The notes under the pieces were generated by a model. That model saw only the letters and a program-made list of their open reading frames with translations. It had not been told where the DNA came from and searched no databases. Position numbers and translations under genes: made by a program. Shown here in pieces: positions 8,655 to 18,352 of a stretch of DNA of 37,377 nt (its first letter is position 1; every line of letters starts with the position of its first letter). The stretch lies in sequence record SRR31156797_3142. The stretch is one strand, 5' to 3'.

Positions 8655-8790
8655 TACTGTTTCAATTCCCACGCACCTTGCAAGTCAGAACTCTCTGGCG
8701 TAATGACTAATCAAATATACAGGCAGTGTTTCTACAAAAGGAGCACTGCCTGTGATTAATAGTTAAACAAACAAAAGGATTTTTTGCGCC

Positions 8791-10857
8791 ATGCTGAAAA
8801 GGTTTACTGTCGGACAAAAAATATTCTGTAGCTTTATTGTTGTTTTCATCCTTTTTGGGATTGTGAGCATGGAATCTATGCAAGCACTGCAAAAATCCTC
8901 TTCCGGCTTTACTGACTATCGCGACTTTGCCAAGGATTCAAACCTGATCGGCAAAATTCAAGCCGGCATATTGCAAGGTAGAACCCACGTTAAAGATTAC
9001 ATTATCACCGGAGACAAGAAGTACAGCCGCAAGTACTTTGAAAATGCCAAAACAGTTTTTCCTCTGCTTGAAAAGGCCGAAGGTGAGTTGGCGTCAGAAA
9101 GCCGGGTTAGACTCATAAAAGAAGTTAAAACGCTGCTCACAGATTACGACGCAAGCTTTGCCGAAGTCGCAAAAGCCCAACTTGAAAGAGACAATCAAGC
9201 GTATTCCATCCTGGTCCCGGCCGGAGGCCTCATGGAGCAGAATTTTGCGCGCATAATCAACAACCTCGGCAAATCCCAAAACAATTCCGCCGCTCTTTAC
9301 CACTGTGCTAAGGGAGTCCGCCACCTAGTCCTCGCAAGACTTTACACCACCAAATACATTGAAAAAAGTTCAGAATCTCACCAAAAAAGAGCCTTGACTG
9401 AAATGGATTCAGTCAGCGACGAACTAATCCAGCTCAGCTCTATTTTAAAAGGCAAGAATCAACTGCTGCTCAATGAAATCAAGGAAGCAAAGGAAACTTA
9501 CTCCAAGAGCCTCAACGAACTCTTTTCGCGAACAGCAACTCGAGATAAACTGCTCAACACAGAACTGGACATCATGGGCCCCAAGATGACAACTCTGATT
9601 GAGCAGGCCAAATCATCCGTTATTTCTGATCAGGAAAAACTCGGCCCCTCCCTGCAAGCCCGCAACGACAGGGCCATCATGAACACCTGGATCTTCGGAA
9701 TCATCGCTTTTGTCCTTGGAGTTACTGCTGTCGTAATCGTAGGACGCAACATAACCCTTCCCTTGCGCAAAGTTGTTGAAGCAGCCTACCGCATTGCCGA
9801 AGGCGATATGAGCAAAGCAATCAAAGGAACCGACCGTCAGGATGAACTCGGTTCTCTGGCCCGTGCTTTCAACAAAATGACCGAGTCGCTCAATCAAATG
9901 GCCGGAGCTATGGAAAGGGTCGCAAACTCCGACCTCACTGTGGAAGCAAAACCGCGCTCCGAAAACGACACCATCGGTAAAGCCCTCGCGACCATGGTTG
10001 AAACTCTAAAAGATGACAACCAGCGGATTCATGAAACAGTGCGCACTCTATCCTCATCGCTGAGTCAGATTTCAGCGGCTTCCGCAGAATTGACAGCCAG
10101 TGCCGCTGAAACTGCAAGCGCAGTTGCCGAAACAAATGCCACAGTAGAAGAGGTAAAACAGACCGCCCACCTCTCCAATGAGAAATCAAGACAGGTGGCC
10201 GATGTCGCCCGCAAAGCAGTTGGCACTTCCCAGCAGGGCAAGAGGGCTGCAGAAGACGCATCTTCCGGCATGAAAGATATCCGCACCCAGATGGACACTA
10301 TTGCCCAGTCCATTGTGAAACTTTCTGAACAGTCGCAACATATTGGTGACATTATATATGTAGTGAACGATCTGGCAGACCAGTCCAATATTCTGGCTGT
10401 AAACGCCTCTATTGAAGCATCCAAGGCAGGAGAAGAAGGCCGGGGATTCACAGTGGTAGCCAGAGAGATCAGGAACCTTTCCGATCAGTCCAAACAGTCC
10501 GTGGCCCAGATCCAGTCAATCCTTGCTGATATCCAGAAGGCCACCAGTTCTGCGGTCATGATCACCGAGCAGGGCGGAAAGGCGGTTGAAACAGGCGCGA
10601 CCCTCTCCTCTCAGACAGGGGAAGCCATCCTCAACCTGAGCACGGTCATCAATCAGTCTGCCCAATCCTCAGCCCAGATCGCAGCCTCCAGCCAGGAACA
10701 GTTGGCCGGACTAGATCAGGTAGCAGTGGCCCTCGGCTCCATCAAACAGGCCGGAGAACAGAACCTTGAAAGTTCACGCCAGCTTGAAGAAGCAGTCAAA
10801 GACCTCGACCAGCAGGCCCGCTCCCTTAAGGACATGATGGACAGATTCAAGCTCTAG
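8791..10857 (+). CDS. Methyl-accepting chemotaxis protein (2 TM, large periplasmic sensor, tandem HAMP, signalling domain)
   Basis: TM1 near the N-term, ~270-aa helical periplasmic region, TM2 WIFGIIAFVLGVTAVVIV, HAMP (RQDELGSLARAFNKM), hairpin tip SNILAVNASIEASKAGEEGRGFTVVAREIRNL. Confidence 0.95.
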   Translation: MLKRFTVGQKIFCSFIVVFILFGIVSMESMQALQKSSSGFTDYRDFAKDSNLIGKIQAGILQGRTHVKDYIITGDKKYSRKYFENAKTVFPLLEKAEGELASESRVRLIKEVKTLLTDYDASFAEVAKAQLERDNQAYSILVPAGGLMEQNFARIINNLGKSQNNSAALYHCAKGVRHLVLARLYTTKYIEKSSESHQKRALTEMDSVSDELIQLSSILKGKNQLLLNEIKEAKETYSKSLNELFSRTATRDKLLNTELDIMGPKMTTLIEQAKSSVISDQEKLGPSLQARNDRAIMNTWIFGIIAFVLGVTAVVIVGRNITLPLRKVVEAAYRIAEGDMSKAIKGTDRQDELGSLARAFNKMTESLNQMAGAMERVANSDLTVEAKPRSENDTIGKALATMVETLKDDNQRIHETVRTLSSSLSQISAASAELTASAAETASAVAETNATVEEVKQTAHLSNEKSRQVADVARKAVGTSQQGKRAAEDASSGMKDIRTQMDTIAQSIVKLSEQSQHIGDIIYVVNDLADQSNILAVNASIEASKAGEEGRGFTVVAREIRNLSDQSKQSVAQIQSILADIQKATSSAVMITEQGGKAVETGATLSSQTGEAILNLSTVINQSAQSSAQIAASSQEQLAGLDQVAVALGSIKQAGEQNLESSRQLEEAVKDLDQQARSLKDMMDRFKL

Positions 10858-10876
10858 CTCATCCACTGCTCCATAC

Positions 10877-10930
10877 GCAAAAAAGATAGGCCCTCCTGAC
10901 GAATTTCATCAGGAGGGCTTATCTTTTTGC
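10877..10930 (+). terminator. Intrinsic terminator after the MCP gene
   Basis: Long inverted repeat AAAAAGATAGGCCCTCCTGA ... TCAGGAGGGCTTATCTTTTT. Confidence 0.85.
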
Positions 10931-11050
10931 GAATTCATTCTTTCCCCCACTCTTTCTAAAAATATCTTTTGAAAACCCTTATTTTGCGCTATTTTCAACT
11001 ATCTCTAAAGACTCAAATATATCCCCAATGAACACTTCAGGAGGTAAAGA

Positions 11051-12232
11051 ATGAAAAAATTGATCCTCAGGTCACTTCTGGCCCTCACGGTACTCGGGCT
11101 GGCTCTGATCGTTGTCAGCGGCTGCTCTAAAGAAGAAGAAAAAATCAAGATCGGCTTCAACATTCCACTCACCGGGGATATCCCAAAAGTAGGTGAGGCC
11201 TCCAAAAACGCTGCAGAAATGCTCCTTGCTGATATCAACGGACAGGGCGGCCTTGAAGTGGGCGGCAAAAAAATACCCCTTGAATTCTTCTATGAAGACA
11301 ACGAATCCAAAGCCGAATCAGCTGTTAACGTTGCCCTCAAACTCATTGAGCAGGACGGCGTAGTCGCAGTCATCGGCCCTAACTCCTCCAAACAGGCTGT
11401 TCCTGCGGGTGGAACCTGCAACGACAACCGCACCCCCATGGTTTCACCGTGGTCCACCAACCCGGACACCACTAAAAACCGCCCCTGGGTTTTCCGCGCT
11501 GCATTCCTCGATCCCTTTCAGGGGCCTGTTGCTGTAAATTTTGCAACCAAGCAGTTCAAAGCCAAGTCCGCCGCAGTACTCTTTGACATTTCCAATGACT
11601 ACTCCAAAGGTCTTGCTGAAATTTTCAAGGAAGTATTTGAAAAGAAAAATGGCAAAAAATCCATAGTATCCTTTGAATCACACGGCACCAAGGATCAGGA
11701 CTTCTCCGCTCAGCTGACCAAAATCATCAACTCAAAGCCTGATTTCATTTTTGTTCCCGACAACTACAATCAGGTTGCCCTTATTGTTAAGCAGGCCCGT
11801 GATCTCGGTTACAAAGGTCCCTTCATGGGTTCCGACGCATGGGGTTCTGCAGAACTGATGAAGCTTTGCGGCGACGACTGCAAGGGCCAATTCTTCTCCA
11901 CCCACTACGCTGCAGCAGGTGCTAAGGGAGCAACCAAGGAATTCATCGACCGCTACGAAGAAAAATACGGCGAAACTCCTGATGATGTAGCCGCGCTCAC
12001 CTGGGATGCCACCCGCCTCGTACTACAGGCCATTCAGGATGCCGGTTCCTATAGTTCCGACCTAAAAACCGAACGTAAGGCCATCCGTGACGCCTTAAGT
12101 TCCATCAGGGAATTCGCAGGCATCACCGGTTCCATGAAATTCGACAGCCAAGGCGATCCCATCAAATGTGCCGTTGTTGTACGCATTGACGAGAATGGTA
12201 ATTTTGTATTTGCCGAATCCGTCTGCCCCTAG
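11051..12232 (+). CDS. livK: Branched-chain amino acid ABC transporter substrate-binding lipoprotein (LivK/LivJ family)
   Basis: GGAGG RBS, lipobox VSGC, IKIGFNIPLTG, DINGQGGL, DFSAQLTKI, GITGSMKFD; first gene of a full liv operon. Actual ligand not determined. Confidence 0.9.
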   Translation: MKKLILRSLLALTVLGLALIVVSGCSKEEEKIKIGFNIPLTGDIPKVGEASKNAAEMLLADINGQGGLEVGGKKIPLEFFYEDNESKAESAVNVALKLIEQDGVVAVIGPNSSKQAVPAGGTCNDNRTPMVSPWSTNPDTTKNRPWVFRAAFLDPFQGPVAVNFATKQFKAKSAAVLFDISNDYSKGLAEIFKEVFEKKNGKKSIVSFESHGTKDQDFSAQLTKIINSKPDFIFVPDNYNQVALIVKQARDLGYKGPFMGSDAWGSAELMKLCGDDCKGQFFSTHYAAAGAKGATKEFIDRYEEKYGETPDDVAALTWDATRLVLQAIQDAGSYSSDLKTERKAIRDALSSIREFAGITGSMKFDSQGDPIKCAVVVRIDENGNFVFAESVCP

Positions 12233-12250
12233 TTCATTGAAATAATATCA

Positions 12251-12276
12251 GGCGGCGGAACTGAGGTTTCGCCGCC
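12251..12276 (+). other. Intercistronic GC-rich hairpin after the binding-protein gene (mRNA stabiliser or partial terminator)
   Basis: GGCGGCGGAAC-TGAG-GTTTCGCCGCC with no U tract, directly before the livH RBS; a common arrangement in ABC operons. Confidence 0.6.
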
Positions 12277-12294
12277 CTGGAGGAAAGACTGATC

Positions 12295-13203
12295 GTGGAC
12301 ATCCTCATCCAGAACCTGCTCAATGCCCTGCAGTGGGGCAGTTTTTATGCTCTAATTGCGCTGGGTTACACCCTTGTTTATGGTGTACTGCTCCTGATCA
12401 ACTTTGCCCACGGCGATATTTTCATGGTCGGAGCCTACATAGCTTTTTTTGTTGCCACCGCCCTGCTCGGCTTTCTTGACTTTGCCCCGTGGATGGTGCT
12501 GACCCTAACCGTACCGCTGACCATGATCCTCACCGCCGGGGTCGGGGTAACCATCGAACGTATCGCCTACCGCCCTCTGAGACGAAAAGGAGCGCACAGG
12601 CTATACGTAGTCATCACAGCCCTTATGTGCGGCCTGATATTAGAGAACGGCAACCTCGCCCTGCTGGGTGCCAGCCGTAAAAAATTTCCGGAACTGCTCG
12701 ACAAGGTAATTTACACCTTCGGCAATGTCTCGGTGACCAACCTGAAGATTATTGTTATCTTCGCAGCCATTGCCGTCTTCCTGCTCCTGCAATTCATTGT
12801 CACCAAGACCAAGATAGGCATGGCCATGCGCGGTATTTCCTACGACAAATTCGCCATCCCTCTCATGGGCATCCCCATTGATAACGTGATCGTGTTCACC
12901 TTTGTGCTCGGTTCAGGCATGGCCGGACTGGCAGGACTACTCTTTGCCATGTCCTACCCCATCCTTGAACCGTACATGGGAGCGCTCATCGGCTGGAAAG
13001 CCTTTATCGCTGCGGTTGTAGGCGGCATAGGAGATATCCGCGGTGCCTTTATCGGCGGCTTCCTACTCGGGTTCATCGAAGTCGGTGTTGTTGCCTTATT
13101 CCCCTCCACTTTCCGGGACCTGTTCGCCTTTTCCATCCTGCTTATCATCCTCTGGATGAAGCCTACCGGAATATTCGGCGTTGCCAAGACAACCAAGATT
13201 TAA
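12295..13203 (+). CDS. livH: Branched-chain amino acid ABC transporter permease LivH
   Basis: GSFYALIALGYTLVYGVLLLINFAHGD, TKIGMAMRG, KAFIAAVVGGIG; GTG start after GGAGG. Confidence 0.93.
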   Translation: MDILIQNLLNALQWGSFYALIALGYTLVYGVLLLINFAHGDIFMVGAYIAFFVATALLGFLDFAPWMVLTLTVPLTMILTAGVGVTIERIAYRPLRRKGAHRLYVVITALMCGLILENGNLALLGASRKKFPELLDKVIYTFGNVSVTNLKIIVIFAAIAVFLLLQFIVTKTKIGMAMRGISYDKFAIPLMGIPIDNVIVFTFVLGSGMAGLAGLLFAMSYPILEPYMGALIGWKAFIAAVVGGIGDIRGAFIGGFLLGFIEVGVVALFPSTFRDLFAFSILLIILWMKPTGIFGVAKTTKI

Positions 13204-13215
13204 GGCGGATACAGA

Positions 13216-14292
13216 ATGCAGAAGTACAGTTTTAATATCGGAATCTGGGGCATGGCCGCCATTGTCGTGGTCCTCTCCCAGTTCGGCGCGCTTGACCTCT
13301 ATATCCAATCGGTAATCATGTTCATCGGCATCAACATCATCCTTTCCTCCAGCCTGAATGTGGTTAACGGATACATGGGTGAATTCTCCTGCGGACATGC
13401 TGGATTCATGTGTATCGGAGCCTATGTTTCCTCTGTCCTGAGCGTTATGTTTTTTGCGCAGGACAAGATCTTCGGTGCCCCCATCCTGCCACCGGAACTT
13501 GCCCCGCTGGGATTTCCCGTTGTGGTCATTATCGCAGGACTGGTTTCCGCCGTGGCCGGATTAATCGTAGCTGTCCCATCCTTCAAAACAAGAGGCGACT
13601 ATCTGGCAATCATCACCATTGCCGCCAACTACATGGTCATCTCAGCCATTGAAAACATGGACATCATCGGCGGGCCACGCGGCTTCATGGGTATGAAACG
13701 GGTCCTCAATGCCATGGAAGACATGATCGACATCCCCTGGATGATGATCTGGGTAATCCTCGGCACCTTTGGCAGCGTCTGGATGATCCGCCGCTTCGTA
13801 TCCTCCACCTACGGCAAAGGCATCATGTCTATCTGTCAGGACGAAGTTGCCGCAGAAATAATGAGCGTGGATACCAACAAGATGAAAATGGCCGCCTTCA
13901 TGCTTTCTTCCGGTCTTGCCGGGGTAGCAGGTGCGCTCTTCGCCCATGTACTGGGTTACGTAAACCCGCAGTCTTTCAACATCATGAAATCCACTGAGTG
14001 CATGGTTATGGTCTATCTCGGCGGTATGGGCTCGCTGGGCGGCTCGGTACTCTCAGCCATATTCTTCACCTTGATGCTTGAAATGCTGCGTTTCATCATC
14101 CCGGCCATTGATACGGGCATGCATTTCTTAAACCTGCTTCCGGACAGCTACCATCTGAGTCAGGTTTGGAAATGGGTGATCATTCCGCTGACCCTGATCC
14201 TGCTCATGCAGTTCAGACCCGAAGGGATCATGGGCAACAAGGAACTGCCCGACCTATTCCCGCGGCTCAAAAAATTCTACAAATTCAAGTAG
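13216..14292 (+). CDS. livM: Branched-chain amino acid ABC transporter permease LivM
   Basis: SLNVVNGYMGEFSCGHAGF, RGDYLAIIT, VYLGGMGSLGG, FRPEGIMG. Confidence 0.93.
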   Translation: MQKYSFNIGIWGMAAIVVVLSQFGALDLYIQSVIMFIGINIILSSSLNVVNGYMGEFSCGHAGFMCIGAYVSSVLSVMFFAQDKIFGAPILPPELAPLGFPVVVIIAGLVSAVAGLIVAVPSFKTRGDYLAIITIAANYMVISAIENMDIIGGPRGFMGMKRVLNAMEDMIDIPWMMIWVILGTFGSVWMIRRFVSSTYGKGIMSICQDEVAAEIMSVDTNKMKMAAFMLSSGLAGVAGALFAHVLGYVNPQSFNIMKSTECMVMVYLGGMGSLGGSVLSAIFFTLMLEMLRFIIPAIDTGMHFLNLLPDSYHLSQVWKWVIIPLTLILLMQFRPEGIMGNKELPDLFPRLKKFYKFK

Positions 14293-14318
14293 GCAACACC
14301 GCGAGAAAAGGAGAGAAG

Positions 14319-15086
14319 ATGTCACTACTAAGTATAGACGGACTTACACAGAGATTCGGAGGGCTGCAGGCCGTATCCGATTTCAACATCAAGCTTGAGG
14401 AAGGTTCCCTCACCGGGCTGATCGGCCCCAACGGTGCAGGCAAGACTACCATATTCAACCTCATATCCGGGTTTTACCAGCCCACTGAAGGAGCCATCAC
14501 CCTCGCAGGACAGCCCACACGCGGCCTCAAACCGCATCAGGTAACTGCTCAGGGCGTGGCCCGCACATTTCAGAACATCCGCCTCTGGCATGACATGACC
14601 GTGCTGGACAACATCCGCATTGCCCAGCATTACCGCATGGGCTACGGATTTTTCGATGCCATCATGCGCACGAAAAATTACTACCTGCGGGAAAAGGAAA
14701 TCGAACGCATCTCCACTGAACTGCTAGATTTCATGGACCTTAAGCAATACGCTGAGGAATTGCCCACCAACCTGCCCTATGGATTACAACGACGAGTTGA
14801 AATCGCCCGGGCTATGTCCATCCAGCCCAAGCTGCTGCTGCTTGACGAACCCGCAGCGGGCCTCAACTCCTCTGACGTTGAAGGTCTGATCAAGCTCATC
14901 AAATGGATTCATAATGAATTCGATATCACAATCCTTATGATCGAGCATCAGATGAAAGTTGTTATGAGCCTTTGCAAGTGGATTAAATGCATTGATTTCG
15001 GCGCAACTATCGCCGAAGGAACACCTGAAGATATCCAGTCCAGCGAGACGGTTATCAAAGCTTATCTGGGAGATGATTCAATCTGA
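14319..15086 (+). CDS. livG: Branched-chain amino acid ABC transporter ATP-binding protein LivG
   Basis: FGGLQAV, GPNGAGKTT, ARTFQNIRL, LPYGLQRRVEIARA, LLDEPAAG, VIKAYLG; start ATG 14319 after AAGGAG (the ORF-track extension overlaps livM). Confidence 0.94.
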   Translation: MSLLSIDGLTQRFGGLQAVSDFNIKLEEGSLTGLIGPNGAGKTTIFNLISGFYQPTEGAITLAGQPTRGLKPHQVTAQGVARTFQNIRLWHDMTVLDNIRIAQHYRMGYGFFDAIMRTKNYYLREKEIERISTELLDFMDLKQYAEELPTNLPYGLQRRVEIARAMSIQPKLLLLDEPAAGLNSSDVEGLIKLIKWIHNEFDITILMIEHQMKVVMSLCKWIKCIDFGATIAEGTPEDIQSSETVIKAYLGDDSI

Positions 15087-15820
15087 TGACTACTCTACTT
15101 GAAATCAAAGATCTCCGCGTGAAATACGGTAATATCGAGGCCCTGCACGGTATATCATTCAACGTTAATGAAGGGGAGATCGTCACCCTCATCGGGGCCA
15201 ACGGTGCAGGTAAAACAACCACCCTGCTCTCCATCAGCCGACTTCCACCGCCGGAAGCACCCAAGGTGATATCCGGGGACATTTGCTGGGCAGGAAATTC
15301 AATCCTCGACATGCCGCCGCACAAGGTCATTTCGGACCTGCACTTAGCCCTTGTCCCCGAAGGACGCCATATTTTCGGTAACCTTACCGTGGAGGAGAAT
15401 CTCAAACTGGCAACCTATGCCCGCAAAGATTCCATCAAGTATATTCACGGGGATTACGACCGCGTGTTCGCACTCTTCCCGCGCCTTGCTGAACGCCGCA
15501 AACAGCGCAGTGAATCCCTTTCCGGCGGGGAGCAGCAGATGCTGGCCGTGGGACGTGCGCTCATGTCCAAATGCAATTTCATCATGCTTGACGAGCCTTC
15601 CATGGGTCTTGCACCGCTGCTCATGTACGACATGTTCCGAACTCTCAAGGAGCTCAACGAACAAGGGCTCACAATCCTTCTAATCGAGCAGAACGCAAAC
15701 CTTGCGCTCAAGTTCGCCCATCGCGGATACGTGCTTGATACCGGGGAAATCGTTGCCCAAGGATCGTCTGCCAAGCTTATGGAAGACCCTGAAGTGAAGA
15801 AGGCTTATTTGGGCGGATAA
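15086..15820 (+). CDS. livF: Branched-chain amino acid ABC transporter ATP-binding protein LivF
   Basis: GANGAGKTT, VPEGRHIF, LSGGEQQMLAVGRALM, LDEPSMGLAP, VKKAYLGG; TGATG overlap with livG. Confidence 0.95.
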   Translation: MTTLLEIKDLRVKYGNIEALHGISFNVNEGEIVTLIGANGAGKTTTLLSISRLPPPEAPKVISGDICWAGNSILDMPPHKVISDLHLALVPEGRHIFGNLTVEENLKLATYARKDSIKYIHGDYDRVFALFPRLAERRKQRSESLSGGEQQMLAVGRALMSKCNFIMLDEPSMGLAPLLMYDMFRTLKELNEQGLTILLIEQNANLALKFAHRGYVLDTGEIVAQGSSAKLMEDPEVKKAYLGG

Positions 15821-15821
15821 T

Positions 15822-15837
15822 GCCTCCGGCGGCTTCG
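15822..15837. repeat. Short remnant of the repeat seen at the window ends
   Basis: CCTCCGGCGGCTT (15823-15835) is identical to 37348-37360 and continues as GGCTTCG, which matches 35-41. Confidence 0.45.
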
Positions 15838-15858
15838 TTTATAAAAAGTGCTCATAAG

Positions 15859-15897
15859 AAAAGGGCTGGTTTGACTTATGGTCAAACCAGCCCTTTT
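15859..15897. terminator. Bidirectional terminator between livF and the Nim-like gene
   Basis: AAAAGGGCTGGTTTGAC-TTATG-GTCAAACCAGCCCTTTT perfect 17-bp stem. Confidence 0.9.
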
Positions 15898-15920
15898 GGA
15901 TATTTTTATGTAATGCAAAA

Positions 15921-16388
15921 TTATTTCGCGCGCCCTTTTGCTGTTGCATGTTCGATATTAATCTTGATAACTGCGGCCTTATTCATATCATTTTTTATAT
16001 ACTTCTCGCCTGCGGGAATATGATCCGGGGAAAGCCTGTGTATTAGTGCCAGTAAAGCTTCTTTTTTCTCATCTCCGGAGACGTCTTCTGCCTTGCCGAA
16101 AACAATAACTGACCTGAACTTGATGCTGAACTTGGAAGGCATAAGTTCAGTATCAACATGAACACAAAAGGATACTTTTGGATTAAATGCGATATTATCC
16201 AGCTTATGTCCGGTCAATGCGCAATGAAAATAGATGGCCCCGTTGTGGTACACATAATTAAGCGGAGTCGCATAGGGATAGCCATCCTCGCCCACTGTCG
16301 CCAACACGCCCTCTTCACCAGCTTTAAGAATTTCCTTAACTGAACCTTCGGGCAATATCTTCTTAGTATTCTGGATTTCTCTGAACAT
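15921..16388 (-). CDS. Pyridoxamine 5'-phosphate oxidase-like flavin-binding protein, NimA family
   Basis: MFREI.., GVLATVGEDGYPYATPLNYVY, IYFHCALTGHKLDNI, NPKVSFCV, FRSVIVFGKA; GGAG RBS. Confidence 0.88.
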   Translation of the reverse strand: MFREIQNTKKILPEGSVKEILKAGEEGVLATVGEDGYPYATPLNYVYHNGAIYFHCALTGHKLDNIAFNPKVSFCVHVDTELMPSKFSIKFRSVIVFGKAEDVSGDEKKEALLALIHRLSPDHIPAGEKYIKNDMNKAAVIKINIEHATAKGRAK

Positions 16389-16488
16389 GATTTGTCTCTC
16401 CGTTGTCTAAAATATAAGCTAAAAATACTTCAGAACCCATACAACATAAAGGGACAATTCTAATCTTTTTTATGGCTACAGCCTTAAC

Positions 16489-17145
16489 CTACTTACGCCC
16501 GCCAACTCGGACAAATTCACCTGGAGGACCAAGCCGGATGTCAAAAATAACTGCCGCTCCGCGCAGAACCAAAGTGGCTATAAACCCGGATGCCATGGAA
16601 ACTTCCGGTTGCACGTGTAGTTTCATCATACCTACGTTGACGAAAGCCCCGACTAATGCTGCAACTGCGTAAAGCTCACCGCAAAGGATCATGGGACGAT
16701 TTCCGGTCAGCAAATCACGGATAACCCCGCCCCCTGTTGCGGTCATTACCCCCATGAACACAGCCACGGTCCATGGAACCTGAGATTGCAGAAACGCTAC
16801 AGTACTTCCGGTAACAGCAAAAGCACTCAGTCCCAGAGCATCAAACCATGCGGTAGCCTTGTAACGGTCCTTGATCTCCAGACGGCAAAAATAAGTAAAA
16901 AGAGTTGCCATTATACATAGATACAGTTCCACCGGCTCATGAGTCCACCAGACCGGATGATCCAATAACACATCACGTAACGACCCACCTCCAAGCCCGG
17001 TAATGGTCCCGATCAGCACATATCCGACAATATCCATCCTCCGCCTGCCTGCAGCCAGTGCACCGCTGACCGCAAAAACAATATCTCCAAAATACATGAA
17101 TCCATGGATTGCGGACTGAACCACTTCGACGTTTAAAACACTCAT
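16489..17145 (-). CDS. Trimeric intracellular cation channel (TRIC/UPF0126, YadS-like) membrane protein
   Basis: Duplicated repeat: VFAVSGALAA..TGLGGGSLRDVLL and DALGLSAF..TATGGGVIRDLL..ELYA; start ATG 17145 after GAGG (the upstream extension is AT-rich spacer). Confidence 0.92.
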   Translation of the reverse strand: MSVLNVEVVQSAIHGFMYFGDIVFAVSGALAAGRRRMDIVGYVLIGTITGLGGGSLRDVLLDHPVWWTHEPVELYLCIMATLFTYFCRLEIKDRYKATAWFDALGLSAFAVTGSTVAFLQSQVPWTVAVFMGVMTATGGGVIRDLLTGNRPMILCGELYAVAALVGAFVNVGMMKLHVQPEVSMASGFIATLVLRGAAVIFDIRLGPPGEFVRVGGRK

Positions 17146-17405
17146 ATTCAACCTCGAACGCAGATTGGCTGCATTTTTTTCAAATATTCTATTTTCACGA
17201 AAGCGAAAATCGAGCCTGAAATAATTTCTGATTCGACAGTTGTAAAGGTATTTTTTTATAATTTCGAATTTTTTATTTCGTATTATTAAAACAACACATA
17301 AAAACACAATTTTCAATCAGGTTGCTTTAGCTTGCTTGTCAGGGATTGAATTGTTAAAAGAATTCCCTTTTTTGGAATAAATTTTATATTTTACCGAGAC
17401 AAACA

Positions 17406-18275
17406 ATGACATCATCAAGAGAATCAACAGCATATTTGACTGTATCCTGTAAGGACAGACCCGGAATTGTTTCTGCGGTTTCCGGTTTCCTGTTTTCCAA
17501 GAATGCAAACATCATCCATTCCGACCAGCATTCCAGTGACCCCGTTGGCGGGCGTTTTTTCCTCAGAATGAAATTTCATATGAACGGAATTGAAGACGGC
17601 CTTAAAGAATTCAGACAAGAATTTGCTGAAAAGGTTGCTGATAAATTTGACATGGACTGGAACATCAATCCGGCATGGATCAAGAAAAAGACAGCCATCC
17701 TCGTCTCCAAGTTCGACCACGCGCTCATGGACCTGCTCTGGAGAGCTAAACGCGACGAACTGCACACTGAGATCACCATGGTCATCAGCAACCACGACGA
17801 CCTGCGTGAAGCGGTTGAATCTTTCGGAGTAACCTTCCATCACGTTCCGGTCGAAAAAGGCAACAAAGAAGCTTCTGAGAACAAAATCCTTGAGCTTATG
17901 GATGGCAAGGCTGATCTGGTTATTCTCGCCCGCTACATGCAGATTTTAACTCCTAAGCTGATTGATGCCTACCCGAACCGGATCATCAACATCCATCACT
18001 CCTTCCTGCCCGCATTTGTAGGTGCCGACCCCTACCGCAGAGCCGGAGAACGTGGTGTTAAGCTCATCGGAGCAACCGCCCACTATGTTACCGAGGAACT
18101 GGATCAGGGTCCGATCATTGAACAGGACGTCATCCGAGTTTCCCACCGTCACGACTATGAAGAACTCAAAGTCCTTGGCCGTGACATTGAACGTCAGGTA
18201 CTCAGCAGGGCCGTAAAATGGCACCTCACCGAAAGAGTACTGGTAGACGGCAACAAGACTGTCGTCTTTATTTAA
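17406..18275 (+). CDS. purU: Formyltetrahydrofolate deformylase
   Basis: N-terminal ACT domain (SCKDRPGIV), VISNH, LARYMQIL, INIHHSFLPAF, GVKLIGATAHYVTEELDQGPIIEQD. Confidence 0.97.
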   Translation: MTSSRESTAYLTVSCKDRPGIVSAVSGFLFSKNANIIHSDQHSSDPVGGRFFLRMKFHMNGIEDGLKEFRQEFAEKVADKFDMDWNINPAWIKKKTAILVSKFDHALMDLLWRAKRDELHTEITMVISNHDDLREAVESFGVTFHHVPVEKGNKEASENKILELMDGKADLVILARYMQILTPKLIDAYPNRIINIHHSFLPAFVGADPYRRAGERGVKLIGATAHYVTEELDQGPIIEQDVIRVSHRHDYEELKVLGRDIERQVLSRAVKWHLTERVLVDGNKTVVFI

Positions 18276-18291
18276 TATTTATTAATCTGAA

Positions 18292-18336
18292 AATAAAAAA
18301 GCTCTCCTTACTTGCTGCAAGGAGAGCTTTTTTATT
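18292..18336. terminator. Bidirectional terminator
   Basis: AATAAAAAAGCTCTCCTT ... AAGGAGAGCTTTTTTATT between convergent genes. Confidence 0.88.
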
Positions 18337-18352
18337 GCTTGAAATATAAATT

